Notes: generated by a model not told the origin, from the letters alone. Numbered from the stretch's first letter, positions 18,754 through 28,689 are shown. The stretch: 64,000 bases of DNA from Vulcanimicrobiota bacterium (GCA_963695225.1 OY968762.1:1440001-1504000); one strand, 5' to 3'. Program-made: numbers and translations.

Positions 18754-20109
18754 ATGAGCGCTTTGCCCACGCTCGAAACGAGCCGGCCCGCCCCCTCGAC
18801 GAAGCCGGTGAAGATCGGCTTGCTCGGCATCGGCACGGTCGGCGGCGGCACGTTCCGCGTTCTCGAGCGCAACCGTGAAGAAATCACGCGGCGCGCCGGG
18901 CGCCGCATCGAGATCGCGTGGGTGGGCGCGCGCAATCTCGAACGAGCGCGCGGGATCGTGGGCCCCGGTGTTCCGCTCGTCGACGACGTCGTGCGCGCCG
19001 TGACCGACCCGGAGATCGACATCGTCGTCGAGGTGATCGGCGGCACGACCGTCGCCAAAGACGCGATCCTCACCGCGATCGCACACGGCAAGCACGTCGT
19101 CACCGCAAACAAAGCGCTGCTCGCGACGGACGGGAACGAGATCTTCAGCGCCGCCAGCAAGCACGGCGTCATGGTCGCCTTCGAAGGTGCCGTTTCCGGT
19201 TGCATTCCGACGATCAAGGCGTTGCGCGAGGGCCTCGCCGCGAATCGGATCGAGTGGATCGCCGGCATCATCAACGGGACGAGCAACTTCATCCTCTCCG
19301 AGATGCGCTCGAAGGGCTTACCGTTCGAAACGGCGCTGCGCGAAGCGCAGCGGCTCGGATACGCGGAAGCGGATCCGACGTTCGACGTCGAGGGGATCGA
19401 TTCGGCGCACAAGATCACGCTGCTCTCGGCGATCGGCTTCGGCATCCCGGTGCAGTTCGAACGCGCGTACGTCGAGGGCATCACGAAGCTCACCGACAAG
19501 GACATCACCTACGCAGAAGATCTGGGCTTCCGCATCAAGCTGCTCGGCATCACGCGCCGCACGCCCGGCGGCATCGAACTGCGCGTGCATCCGACGCTGA
19601 TCCCCGCGAACCGCTTGATCGCGAGCGTCGACGGCGCGATGAACGCGATTCTCGTCAAGGGCGACGCGGCCGGAGTGACGATGTACTACGGCGCCGGCGC
19701 CGGTTCCGAGCCGACGGCCTCGGCGGTGCTCGCGGACGTGATCGACGTGACGCGCTTGATGCGCGCGGAGCCGGAGGAACGCGTGCCGCATCTCGCGTTC
19801 CAGCCCGACGCGCTCAGCGACGTCGGAATCCTGCCGATGGGCGACGTCGAGACGTCGTACTATCTGCGCGTGCGCGTCAAGGACCAAGTCGGCGTCCTAG
19901 CCGACATCGCCCGCACGCTCGCGGACTCCGGCATCTCGATCGACAAGATGATCCAACAGGGCGCGGGCGATCTCGAAAACGAGACCGACATCGTCATCCT
20001 CACGCACCGCACCTGCGAGCGAAACTTCGACGCCGCGATCGCGCGGCTCGTCGAACTCGCGACCGTCCGCAAGGAATACACCCGAATCCGCCGCGAGGAT
20101 CTCGGCTAG
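18754..20109 (+). CDS. hom: Homoserine dehydrogenase with C-terminal ACT domain
   Basis: GIGTVGGG, HVVTANKA, GIINGT.N.IL, GYAEADPTFDVEG.D.AHK. Confidence 0.96.
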   Translation: MSALPTLETSRPAPSTKPVKIGLLGIGTVGGGTFRVLERNREEITRRAGRRIEIAWVGARNLERARGIVGPGVPLVDDVVRAVTDPEIDIVVEVIGGTTVAKDAILTAIAHGKHVVTANKALLATDGNEIFSAASKHGVMVAFEGAVSGCIPTIKALREGLAANRIEWIAGIINGTSNFILSEMRSKGLPFETALREAQRLGYAEADPTFDVEGIDSAHKITLLSAIGFGIPVQFERAYVEGITKLTDKDITYAEDLGFRIKLLGITRRTPGGIELRVHPTLIPANRLIASVDGAMNAILVKGDAAGVTMYYGAGAGSEPTASAVLADVIDVTRLMRAEPEERVPHLAFQPDALSDVGILPMGDVETSYYLRVRVKDQVGVLADIARTLADSGISIDKMIQQGAGDLENETDIVILTHRTCERNFDAAIARLVELATVRKEYTRIRREDLG

Positions 20110-20206
20110 AACACCGCCGCCATCCTCAAATGTCACCCGCGGCGGAGCGAGCTTCGATGCGGGCCCATACGGCCATGGGCCGTTCAGCGTGACATCGAGC
20201 CGCAGG

Positions 20207-20701
20207 CTAGATCGAGAAGTCGGCTCCGCGGACCGGCTCGGTGACCCGGCCGGGCTCGGCGCCCTCGCCTGGCCCGCTCTCCTGATTCGCCGGCTCGGCT
20301 TCCTGCGGCGCGGCGTCGCCTGCACCGGCCACGATCGCGGGCGCTGCATCGCCCGCTCCATCGACGGGAGCAGGCGGCGGCTCCGCTTGGAACGCCTTTG
20401 CCGTGCCGTTCGTCGAGGGATCGTGGGCGAACGGCTCCACGGCGCCGCGTGGTTCGACGGGCTCGTGGAGGGCCGCGGCGCTCTCGGGCGCCTCGTGACG
20501 GATCGAGTCCTCCCAGGCGGAAGGGGAGAACGGGTGCTCGATCTCGGCCGCCTTCTCCATCTCGCGAATGAACGTCTGGGACGTGTTCTGCACGTCGCGC
20601 ATCACGGCGCCCACCTTCCGGGCCACCTTCGGAAGCTGGTCCGGGCCGAACAGGAGGAGCGCCGCGACCCCTATGACGGCGACGTCAACGGGCGAGAGCA
20701 A
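20207..20701 (-). CDS. tatB: Sec-independent translocase TatA/TatB-family subunit
   Basis: AGGAG RBS, TTG start, ALLLFGPDQLP.VAR..G motif, long acidic tail. Confidence 0.75.
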   Translation of the reverse strand: MLSPVDVAVIGVAALLLFGPDQLPKVARKVGAVMRDVQNTSQTFIREMEKAAEIEHPFSPSAWEDSIRHEAPESAAALHEPVEPRGAVEPFAHDPSTNGTAKAFQAEPPPAPVDGAGDAAPAIVAGAGDAAPQEAEPANQESGPGEGAEPGRVTEPVRGADFSI

Positions 20702-20786
20702 AGGGCTCCTTCCCGCACGCGTGCAAAGTTGGGAACCCGGCATTCCTCCGGCGCGCATCTTCCCGCAAAGGCTGGCACGAGCGAAC

Positions 20787-21278
20787 GTGAAGATCATCTA
20801 CACGCGCGGTAATCGAACGGAGACGCTCGCGTCGATTTCGACGCTGAGAAAGATTCTGAACCGCTTTGTGAAGCATCGGGTTTTTTACGAAGTCTCCAGT
20901 CGGAATAAGCGCGCTCACGAATTCTTCTCCACGAAGAATTCGTTCGTCGTCGGCTCGATCGAAGTCGAGAATCGCGACTTCCTGCGCATCACGATCTTCG
21001 ACGCGCACCATTCCACGCACTCGATTGAAATCCTCAACCCCGCCGCCATGCGCATTTACGACGAAACCCTCGGCAAAGGCTTCGCGGTGTCGTTCCTCTC
21101 CGAACCGGCCGTCGACGTCGAATCGCGATGCTACCTGCGCGACGAAGGCGACGAGAGCGACGGGCAGCCGCAGCAGGCCGGCCTCGAGCGGATGAGCTTG
21201 CCGCAACTCTTCGAGTACCTCGAAGAGATCACGCACGTCGAGAAGCTTTGCGACGCGCCGCGAAAGGGACTGATCTAA
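20787..21278 (+). CDS. Hypothetical protein
   Basis: Protein-like composition from GTG-KIIYTRG; fills the gap between tatB and the TPR gene; no family recognised. Confidence 0.7.
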   Translation: MKIIYTRGNRTETLASISTLRKILNRFVKHRVFYEVSSRNKRAHEFFSTKNSFVVGSIEVENRDFLRITIFDAHHSTHSIEILNPAAMRIYDETLGKGFAVSFLSEPAVDVESRCYLRDEGDESDGQPQQAGLERMSLPQLFEYLEEITHVEKLCDAPRKGLI

Positions 21279-21781
21279 GGCTCGGAACGCGGGCCGCGCG
21301 CTTCGAGTCGCGCGGCGGCCCGGAAATGCCGCACGGCCTCCGCGCGGCGACCGCTCCGTTTGCACGCAATCCCGAAATTGAGATGGGCCGGGGCGTACGC
21401 GGGGTCCGCCGCGACGGCGCGCTCGTAGAAGGCGATCGCTTCCGGCGTGCGGCCCTCTTCCAAGAGGAGGTTGCCGAGGTTGACGAGCGCCGGCGCGAAG
21501 CGCGGGCGCGCCGCAAGCGCCGCCTCGAAGGCCTCGCGCGCCTGCGGCGCCCGCGCCAGCGCGACGAGCGCGACGCCCCGCTTGTTGAGAATGCGGGCGC
21601 GCTCTTCCTCGCTCGACGCCGCCTCGAGCGCGGTTTCGAACGCGCCCAGCGCCTCCTCGGCGCACCCCGCCGCCAGCGCCGCCAGGCCGCGCCCGTACGG
21701 GCCCGCAGGCTCCCCGGGTAGCGCGGCCTTCCCGCCGCCCGGCGGGCGGCGCGCGGCAAGTCGAGCCAGCACGTCGAACAT
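21275..21781 (-). CDS. Tetratricopeptide-repeat protein
   Basis: ARILNKRGVAL, ALVNLGNLL....R..EAIAFYERA, AHLNFG TPR helices. Confidence 0.8.
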   Translation of the reverse strand: MFDVLARLAARRPPGGGKAALPGEPAGPYGRGLAALAAGCAEEALGAFETALEAASSEEERARILNKRGVALVALARAPQAREAFEAALAARPRFAPALVNLGNLLLEEGRTPEAIAFYERAVAADPAYAPAHLNFGIACKRSGRRAEAVRHFRAAARLEARGPRSEP

Positions 21782-21788
21782 CAGCATC

Positions 21789-22481
21789 ATGTTCCATGTC
21801 GACATCCTCACGCTCTTCCCCGAGATGTTCGCGCCGGCGATCGGGCTCTCGATCGTAGGGCGCGCCCAGGAGCGCGGGATCGTCGACGTGCGGCTGCACA
21901 ACATCCTGGACGCGCTCGGCGGGGGCGAGCGGGCCGACGACCGGCCGTTCGGCGGCGGGCCGGGGATGGTGCTGCGGGTGGAGCCGCTCGCGCGAATCCT
22001 CGACGGGATCGTCGCCGGGGCGGCGCCCGGGGAGCGACGGGCCATCGTCGTCACGAGCGCGGCCGGGCACCAGTTCCGCCACGCCGACGCCGAGGCATTC
22101 GCGCAGCTCGATCGCTTGGTGATCGTCTGCGGCCACTACGAGGGGATCGACGAACGGCTCGCCGAGTTGTACGGCGCCGAAGAGTACTCCCTCGGCGACT
22201 TCGTCTTGACCGGCGGCGAGATCCCGGCGCTGGCCTTCCTCGATGCGACCGTCCGCCTGCGGGCCGGGACCCTGAACGACGCCTCCCTGGAATCGGAATC
22301 GTTCGCCGCGGGCCTGCTCGATGCGCCGGCCTACACGCGCCCTCCGCGCTTCCGGGGGATCGAAGTCCCCGAGGTCCTGCTCTCAGGGGACCACGCCAAG
22401 ATCGCGGCCTGGCGCCGGGAACAATCCCGCGCCCGGACGGCCGCCCGCCGCCCGGACCTGGGAGGGCCGCCGGACCGCTGA
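21789..22481 (+). CDS. trmD: tRNA (guanine-N1)-methyltransferase
   Basis: DILTLFPEMF, DDRPFGGGPGMV, CGHYEGIDER, SLGDFVLTGGE, YTRP. Confidence 0.97.
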   Translation: MFHVDILTLFPEMFAPAIGLSIVGRAQERGIVDVRLHNILDALGGGERADDRPFGGGPGMVLRVEPLARILDGIVAGAAPGERRAIVVTSAAGHQFRHADAEAFAQLDRLVIVCGHYEGIDERLAELYGAEEYSLGDFVLTGGEIPALAFLDATVRLRAGTLNDASLESESFAAGLLDAPAYTRPPRFRGIEVPEVLLSGDHAKIAAWRREQSRARTAARRPDLGGPPDR

Positions 22482-22492
22482 CGCGCCGGCGT

Positions 22493-22522
22493 TTGCCTAG
22501 GGGTTGGCGCGCGTGATACAAT
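22493..22522 (+). promoter_or_regulatory. Putative promoter of rplS
   Basis: TTGCCT-18 nt-TACAAT with an extended -10 TG. Confidence 0.55.
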
Positions 22523-22581
22523 TCCGGGGTTGTCCTGCGGGCTCTCGAAACCGATCGAGCCTGCGCGTGTATGGAGCCGTC

Positions 22582-22932
22582 ATGAACCTCATCGACCTGA
22601 TCGACAAAGAGCAAGCGAACGCGACCCCGCCCGCTTTCCGGCCGGGCGATACGGTCAAGGTCTACTCGAAGATCGTCGAGGGCGGCAAAGAGCGCGTCCA
22701 GATGTTCGAAGGCGTCGTGACCGTCCGCCGGGGCGGCGGCTCGGGCGAAACGATCACGGTCCGCCGCGTGGCGCACGGCGTCGGCGTCGAGAAGTCGTTC
22801 CTCCTCCATAGCCCCCGCCTCGAAAAGATCGAGGTTTCCAAGCGCGGCATCGTGCGCCGGAGCCGCCTCTACTACCTCGCGGACAAGATCGGCAAGGAAG
22901 CCCGCATCAAGGAAAAGCGCGCGGCGGGATAG
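22582..22932 (+). CDS. rplS: 50S ribosomal protein L19
   Basis: [42 protein letters not shown]. Confidence 0.97.
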   Translation: MNLIDLIDKEQANATPPAFRPGDTVKVYSKIVEGGKERVQMFEGVVTVRRGGGSGETITVRRVAHGVGVEKSFLLHSPRLEKIEVSKRGIVRRSRLYYLADKIGKEARIKEKRAAG

Positions 22933-22947
22933 CCGGCCGCCGGGATC

Positions 22948-23718
22948 GTGTCGCCGCTTCAGCTTTTCGCACTGATCTGCGTCTTGGCGGTCATCCGCGT
23001 CGTGCTCCATTTCCGGCCCGCGACCGCGCCTTCAGGCACGGGCACAGGCCTCGGCGTCGGCGAGCAGCCCGCCCGGCCCGCTTCGTCGGCCACGGAAGTC
23101 CTGCGCGAGTACCTCGACGCGTTCATCGTCGCGGGGCTCGTCGCGCTCTTCCTCATCACGTTCGTCATCCGGACGTTCTACATTCCGTCGGGCTCGATGG
23201 AGCCGACGCTGCAGATCCACGACGTGCTGCTCGTCAACGAGTTCGAATATCGCACGTCGCCCCCGCACGACGGCGACATCGTGGTCTTCAAGCCGCCGCT
23301 CGACACGCCGAACGATTTCATCAAGAGAGTCATCGGATCTCCCGGGGAACGGCTGCGCATCCACAACGGGCTCGTCTACCGCAACGACGTCCCGCTCGCC
23401 GAGCCGTACACCGCGCAAGCGCCGGCCTACGAGCTCGAAATCAAGGACTACGGCATCTACGTCGACGGCCAACCGCTCGATCCGACGGTTGCGAACATCC
23501 CGCCGCGCGAGCAGTGGTCGGCGCCGGACCGCATTCCCGCCGGGTGCTACTTCATGATGGGCGACAACCGCAACAATTCCGAAGACTCGCACTTCTGGGG
23601 CTTCGCGCAGCCGAGCGGCACTTTCTGGAGCGGATCCCAGAAATCGCAACGTGCGGCGTTCACGGGGCACGCGTTCCTGTTGTTCTGGCCTCCGCAGCGC
23701 CTTCGCATTCTGAAGTAG
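22948..23718 (+). CDS. lepB: Signal peptidase I (paralogue 1)
   Basis: IPSGSMEPTL, FIKRVIG, MMGDNRNNSEDS. Confidence 0.93.
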   Translation: MSPLQLFALICVLAVIRVVLHFRPATAPSGTGTGLGVGEQPARPASSATEVLREYLDAFIVAGLVALFLITFVIRTFYIPSGSMEPTLQIHDVLLVNEFEYRTSPPHDGDIVVFKPPLDTPNDFIKRVIGSPGERLRIHNGLVYRNDVPLAEPYTAQAPAYELEIKDYGIYVDGQPLDPTVANIPPREQWSAPDRIPAGCYFMMGDNRNNSEDSHFWGFAQPSGTFWSGSQKSQRAAFTGHAFLLFWPPQRLRILK

Positions 23719-23776
23719 GGTCGCGCGGACGCTCCGCCGCGGGGGGAACTCGCGCGGAACGCGAACGTCGGAATCC

Positions 23777-24286
23777 GTGCTGTCGTCCACGGTGCGGTGG
23801 CGATCTGCCGCTTCCATCGCGCTGCAGGTCGCGCTCCTCGGCTTGATCGCATTCGCGTTGATGCTGCGAGCACCGCAAGTGAGCGGTCTTTCGATGGAGC
23901 CGCGGATCGACGCGGGCGAGTACGTGCTCATCAACACGCTCGCGTACCGGTTCGGCGCGCCGGCGCGCGGCGAAATCATCGCGTTCAAGCACGAGGAGAA
24001 CTCGCTGGTCTACCTCAAGCGCGTGATCGGCGTCCCCGGCGACCGCATCGCGATCGAACGCGGCAACGTGATCCTCAACGGCCGCGCGCTCGATGAGAGC
24101 TACGTGCGCTATCGCGACGGGCGCAGCGCGCCCGCCGTCGTCGTCCCCGCCGACGCCTACTACGTGCTCGGCGACAACCGCGCGAAGAGCGAGGACTCGC
24201 GCTCCTGGGGCTTCGTCGCGAAACGCGACGTCGTCGGGCGCGCGCTGTGGGGCGTCTGGCCTCCGGAGCGCGCGGGCGCGCTGTGA
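23777..24286 (+). CDS. lepB: Signal peptidase I (paralogue 2, short)
   Basis: SGLSMEP, YLKRVIGVPGD, LGDNR..SEDSR.WG. Confidence 0.9.
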   Translation: MLSSTVRWRSAASIALQVALLGLIAFALMLRAPQVSGLSMEPRIDAGEYVLINTLAYRFGAPARGEIIAFKHEENSLVYLKRVIGVPGDRIAIERGNVILNGRALDESYVRYRDGRSAPAVVVPADAYYVLGDNRAKSEDSRSWGFVAKRDVVGRALWGVWPPERAGAL

Positions 24287-25077
24287 ACGCGACGAACCCG
24301 GTCCAGTGGTATCCCGGCCACATGGCGCGCGCGATGCGCCGCCTCGCCGAGGATATCAAGCTGATCGACGTCGTCATCGAGGTGGTCGACGCGCGCGTCC
24401 CGCGCTGCGGCGGGAATCCCGCGCTCGCCCGCATGGTCGGCAAGCGGCCGCGTCTGCTCGTCCTCGGACGCTCCGATCTCGCCGATCCCGCGCAAACCAC
24501 CGCCTGGCTCGCGCACTTCGAGCGCGCCGGCGTCCCCGCGGTCGAAGCGAATGCGAAATCCCAAGCGGACGGGACCGCGCTGCGCGCCCGCCTCGCGCAA
24601 CTCGGCGGCGAACGGCGCAGCGCGCGCGCGATCGTCCTCGGGATTCCGAACGCGGGGAAATCCTCGATCATCAACGCGCTCGTCCGCAAGAACGTGGCGC
24701 GCACCGAAGACCGCGCCGGCGTCACGCGCGCGGCCCAGTGGTTCCGGGTCGCGCCCGGGCTCGAGCTGATGGATACGGCCGGCATCCTCGTGCCGAGGAT
24801 CGACACGCCGGAAGCGCAGTGGAAGCTCGCGCTGGTCGGCGCCGTCCCCCGCGCGCGTTTCGAGGCGGAGGAAGTCGTCGGCGCCCTCCACGCCTGGGCT
24901 GCAGGGGCGCTCCCGAACCGCGCGCTGCCGGATTTGGAAACATACGCGCAAACGCGCGGCTTCATCCGGCGTGGTACGATCCCCGACACGCACAACGCCG
25001 CATGGTCGTACATCAAGGATTTCAACGAACTGAAATTCGGGAGGATCACGCTCGACCCCGCGCCGGAGGCGGCGTGA
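24283..25077 (+). CDS. rbgA: Ribosome biogenesis GTPase RbgA/YlqF
   Basis: QWYPGHMA, VDARVP, GIPNAGKSS, DTAG; GTGA overlap with lepB. Confidence 0.92.
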   Translation: MNATNPVQWYPGHMARAMRRLAEDIKLIDVVIEVVDARVPRCGGNPALARMVGKRPRLLVLGRSDLADPAQTTAWLAHFERAGVPAVEANAKSQADGTALRARLAQLGGERRSARAIVLGIPNAGKSSIINALVRKNVARTEDRAGVTRAAQWFRVAPGLELMDTAGILVPRIDTPEAQWKLALVGAVPRARFEAEEVVGALHAWAAGALPNRALPDLETYAQTRGFIRRGTIPDTHNAAWSYIKDFNELKFGRITLDPAPEAA

Positions 25078-25769
25078 GCGGCGAGGCGCAACTCGCCGCC
25101 CGCCGCGCACGGGATCGCGAGCACCGGCGGCTGCTCCGGCTCCACCGCTACGAATTCGCGGCGCGGGAGCTGGGGCACACGTTCATCGGCGGCTGCGACG
25201 AAGTCGGGCGCGGCCCGCTGGCGGGGCCGGTCGTGGCGTGCGTCGTCGTCACCGGCGGTTCGCTGATGCTGCCGGGCCTCAACGATTCGAAGCAAGTCGC
25301 GCCGGAGCAACGCAGACTGCTGGCCGCCCAAATCAAGGTTCGCGCCCACGCCTGGGCGATCGGCGAAGCCTCCGTCGCCGAGATCGACCGGCTGAACGTC
25401 TACTGGGCGAGCGTGCTCGCCATGGAACGCGCGCTCGCCGCGCTGCCGGCGCCGCCGGACTACTTGATCACCGATGCCGTGCGCCTTCGCTCGTACGCCG
25501 GGGCGCAGCTTCCGCTCGTGAAGGCGGACGCGAAATCCGCCTGCGTCGCCGCCGCCTCCATCCTCGCGAAGGTCTACCGCGACGCGCTCTTGTGCGAGCT
25601 CGACAGGGCTTTCCCCGCGTACGGCTTCGCCGACCACAAAGGGTACGCGACGGCCCGGCACATCGCGGCGCTCCGCGAGCACGGGCCTTGCGCGCATCAC
25701 CGGCGCGGGTTCGCGACCGTCAAGGAGATGCTCCCGCTCTTCGACCTCGACTTCGATTCCGCGCCGTGA
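25074..25769 (+). CDS. rnhB: Ribonuclease HII
   Basis: GCDEVGRGPLAGPVV, LNDSK, AAASILAKV.RD, HKGY.T. Confidence 0.95.
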   Translation: MSGEAQLAARRARDREHRRLLRLHRYEFAARELGHTFIGGCDEVGRGPLAGPVVACVVVTGGSLMLPGLNDSKQVAPEQRRLLAAQIKVRAHAWAIGEASVAEIDRLNVYWASVLAMERALAALPAPPDYLITDAVRLRSYAGAQLPLVKADAKSACVAAASILAKVYRDALLCELDRAFPAYGFADHKGYATARHIAALREHGPCAHHRRGFATVKEMLPLFDLDFDSAP

Positions 25770-26107
25770 ACGATCGGCGCTCGCTTGGGCGCTCAGGCGA
25801 AGACGCCGCATGCGAGCATCTGCGGCGCCTGGGCTACCGCATCGTGGGACGGAACGTGCGCTGCGGACGGGGCGAGATCGACCTGATAGCGCGCGACGGC
25901 GAGACCCTCGTGTTCGTCGAGGTAAAGGTGCGCCGAGGGCGCAGCCACGGGTCCGCGCTCTCGGCGGTCGACGCGCGAAAACGCAAGCAGCTCCGCACGC
26001 TCGCCGGAGATTTCCTGCAATTCGTCCCTGCCGGCACGAAAGCGCGCTTCGACGTCCTCGCGATCGACGGGGAACGAATCTCGCATTTCCGGGGGGCCTT
26101 TTCGTAA
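25766..26107 (+). CDS. yraN: YraN (UPF0102) family endonuclease-like protein
   Basis: G..GE..A..HL...GY.I..RN, GEIDLIA, LVFVEVK, RFDV. Confidence 0.9.
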   Translation: MNDRRSLGRSGEDAACEHLRRLGYRIVGRNVRCGRGEIDLIARDGETLVFVEVKVRRGRSHGSALSAVDARKRKQLRTLAGDFLQFVPAGTKARFDVLAIDGERISHFRGAFS

Positions 26108-26175
26108 GAACTCGAATACGGGACGGCCGTTTGTCCGAACGGTCTTTCCGCCTGGAGCAGAGCGCCGCATGAACG

Positions 26176-27822
26176 ATGGCCACGACCGCCGCTAGCAAAG
26201 CCGCCCCGGTCAGCGAGCCGACCTTACGGCGTTCCGTCACACCGTGGGGATCGTTTTCGTGGGGCTACTCCGACATCGGAGCGGACATCTTCGTCGGCCT
26301 CGGCCTCGTGCTCGGCGCCGCCGCCGGGGCTTCGAACGTCGCGTTCCTCTTCGCGGGGATCGTTTACGTTTGCATCGGGCTCGCCTACACCGAACTCGCC
26401 GCGACGTATCCTGTGGCGGGCGGCGGTCAATACTTCGTCTTCCGCGGCCTCGGCGACATCTTCGGTTTCATCGCGGGCTGGGCCGTACTGCTCGATTTCA
26501 CGATCGACATCACGCTGTTCGCATGGAGTTGCATCGACTATCTCAGCGCGCTCCCTCCGCTCGCGTTCTTGAGCTTCACGCACCATCCGATCACGCATTT
26601 CGTCATCGTCCTCGGCGTGATCGTGGCGCTCGCCGTCCTCAACATCGTCGGCGTGCGCGAGAGTTCGGCGTTCAACGAGCTCGTCAGCGGGCTCGACGTC
26701 GTCAGCGAGACGTTGATCCTCTTCTTCGGCTTCCTGTTCGCATTCCATCCGGATCTGCTGATCCACACGATGACGACGTCGTGGCCTACGCCGTTCAATC
26801 TGATGAACGGCGTCTCGCTCGCGATCATCTCGTTCGTAGGGCTCGAATCGATCTCGCAAGCCGCGCAAGAGACGCAGCGGCCGGCCTCGGTCATACCGCG
26901 CACGTCGATCGGCCTGATCTTGACCATCTTGATCTTCGCGCTCTCGTATTCGAATCTGGCGCTCGGCATGCAGACGCCGACGCTCCCGCTCGATGCCCAC
27001 GGGCAGGTTCAGCCGCTGTGGCACTTCCTCGGTAACTCGGAGAACAACGGCAAAGCGGTCGCCGTCCTCGCGTCGTACGTGCCGTATTACGGCGCGCTCG
27101 CGGCGCTCTACGTGCCGATCCTGGGCGGAATCCTGTTGCTGATCTCCTCGAACTCCGGCGTCTTCGGCAGTTCCCGGATCGCCTACGCGATGAGCGATTC
27201 CGGCCTTCTGCCGAGCCCGTTCCGGCGCGTTCACCCGAAATACCGCACGCCCGCACTCTCGATCGTAGCGTTCTGCAGCGTTGCGATCGTGGAGCTGATC
27301 TTCGCATCGCTCCCCAGCCTCTCGCCCGCGGTCAAGGAAACCTACGCCCACCTCTTCCGCGGCGAGGACGGCATCACGTTCCTCGGCGACCTTTACGCGT
27401 TCGGAGCGGCGGCGAGCTATTCGCTCGTCTTCATCGCGTTCATCTCGCTGCGCTTGAACGATCCGCAGAGCCCGCGCAAGTTCAAGATGCCGCTGAACAT
27501 TCCGATGACGTATCGCGGCAACCGCGTCGAGTTCCCGGTCGTCGCCGTCATCGGATTCATCGGCATCGTCTCGATCCTCGTGTTCACGATGATCACGCAT
27601 GAGATCGGCCGCGTCGCCGGCCCCGCTTGGATCGCGTGCGGCATCGTGGGCTACCTCGTCTATCGCCGCAGCAAGGGGCTGCCGCTCTTCCGCTCGCGGC
27701 CCCAAGATTGGCGCAAGGCGCAGATCCAGATCCTGCGGGAAGCCGGCGAACTCGAGTTGATGGACGAGTACATCGCGAACGTCAAGGCGATGGACGAGCG
27801 CAAAGCGGCGGCGGCAAAATGA
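26176..27822 (+). CDS. APC-superfamily amino acid/cation permease
   Basis: About 12 hydrophobic segments; YTELAATYPVAGG, SFVGLESISQAAQE, SRIAYAM, HPKYRTP. Confidence 0.9.
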   Translation: MATTAASKAAPVSEPTLRRSVTPWGSFSWGYSDIGADIFVGLGLVLGAAAGASNVAFLFAGIVYVCIGLAYTELAATYPVAGGGQYFVFRGLGDIFGFIAGWAVLLDFTIDITLFAWSCIDYLSALPPLAFLSFTHHPITHFVIVLGVIVALAVLNIVGVRESSAFNELVSGLDVVSETLILFFGFLFAFHPDLLIHTMTTSWPTPFNLMNGVSLAIISFVGLESISQAAQETQRPASVIPRTSIGLILTILIFALSYSNLALGMQTPTLPLDAHGQVQPLWHFLGNSENNGKAVAVLASYVPYYGALAALYVPILGGILLLISSNSGVFGSSRIAYAMSDSGLLPSPFRRVHPKYRTPALSIVAFCSVAIVELIFASLPSLSPAVKETYAHLFRGEDGITFLGDLYAFGAAASYSLVFIAFISLRLNDPQSPRKFKMPLNIPMTYRGNRVEFPVVAVIGFIGIVSILVFTMITHEIGRVAGPAWIACGIVGYLVYRRSKGLPLFRSRPQDWRKAQIQILREAGELELMDEYIANVKAMDERKAAAAK

Positions 27823-28037
27823 GGCGGATCGTCTCGAGCACCGGCTACCAGCGTTTGCGCGCGCTCCTCGGCGCCGGCTTCATCGTGCTCGGCGCCGTCA
27901 CGCTGTGGCGCAGCATCGCACTCGCCGGGATCGGCACGCAAACGATCCCCTCGCTCGTGCTCGGAACCGCGATGATCGCGCTCGGAGTCGTCCGCCTGCG
28001 CGACTTCATCGCACTGCGCGCGAGGCCGCCGCGGTGA
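27819..28037 (+). CDS. Small two-TM membrane protein
   Basis: ATGA and GTGA overlaps with both neighbours; two hydrophobic helices. Confidence 0.65.
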   Translation: MRRIVSSTGYQRLRALLGAGFIVLGAVTLWRSIALAGIGTQTIPSLVLGTAMIALGVVRLRDFIALRARPPR

Positions 28038-28681
28038 CCCCGCAGATCTACCCGCAGCCGCATCTGCTCGGCGCGCTGCTCGCGCTCGCGGTCCTGGCCG
28101 CCGTCTCCGGCACGCTCTGGTGGATGCTCCATCCGCCCACGACGAAAGCCGACCGCGCCGCAAGCAACGCCGAGTTGAATGTCGAGCACTTGATCGGGAG
28201 CATCCTCGTGGTCTTCGCGAAGGACATCCACTCCGAGCACATGCTGGCCCTCGCCGTCCGCCTGGCCCGCCGCGAAAAGGCCGAGTTGCGCGCGCTCTAC
28301 GTCGTCGAAGTCCCGCACACGCTCCCGCTCGACGCCGAAATGCCGGTGGAGAGCCGCGAGGCGCTCGACGTGCTGGCGACGGCCGAAGCGCTCGGGCGGA
28401 ACAACAACGTCGAGATCGCGACCGAAATCGTGATGGCCCGCCAAGTGAGCCAAGGCGTCCTCGACGTCGCCAAGCGCCGCGACGCGCACATGGTCGTCAT
28501 GGGCGCCTTTCGCGAAGGCAAATACGCGGGCGCGCCGCTGGCCAAAGCGATCGAGGTGATCGCCGCCAAGGCGAAGTGCGACGTCCTCATCGGCGTGCAA
28601 GGGGAGTTCGGCCGCATCCTGACGCCCCCGTCGGACCTCACGAGCGCAAAGAAGGCCGCGGCCAAGGCGGCTGCTCCGTAG
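28034..28681 (+). CDS. Membrane-anchored universal stress protein (USP domain)
   Basis: N-terminal TM, then SILVVF, LRALYVVEVP..LPLDA, MVVMGA, AKCDVLI pattern. Confidence 0.8.
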   Translation: MTPQIYPQPHLLGALLALAVLAAVSGTLWWMLHPPTTKADRAASNAELNVEHLIGSILVVFAKDIHSEHMLALAVRLARREKAELRALYVVEVPHTLPLDAEMPVESREALDVLATAEALGRNNNVEIATEIVMARQVSQGVLDVAKRRDAHMVVMGAFREGKYAGAPLAKAIEVIAAKAKCDVLIGVQGEFGRILTPPSDLTSAKKAAAKAAAP

Positions 28682-28689
28682 GTTCGCTG

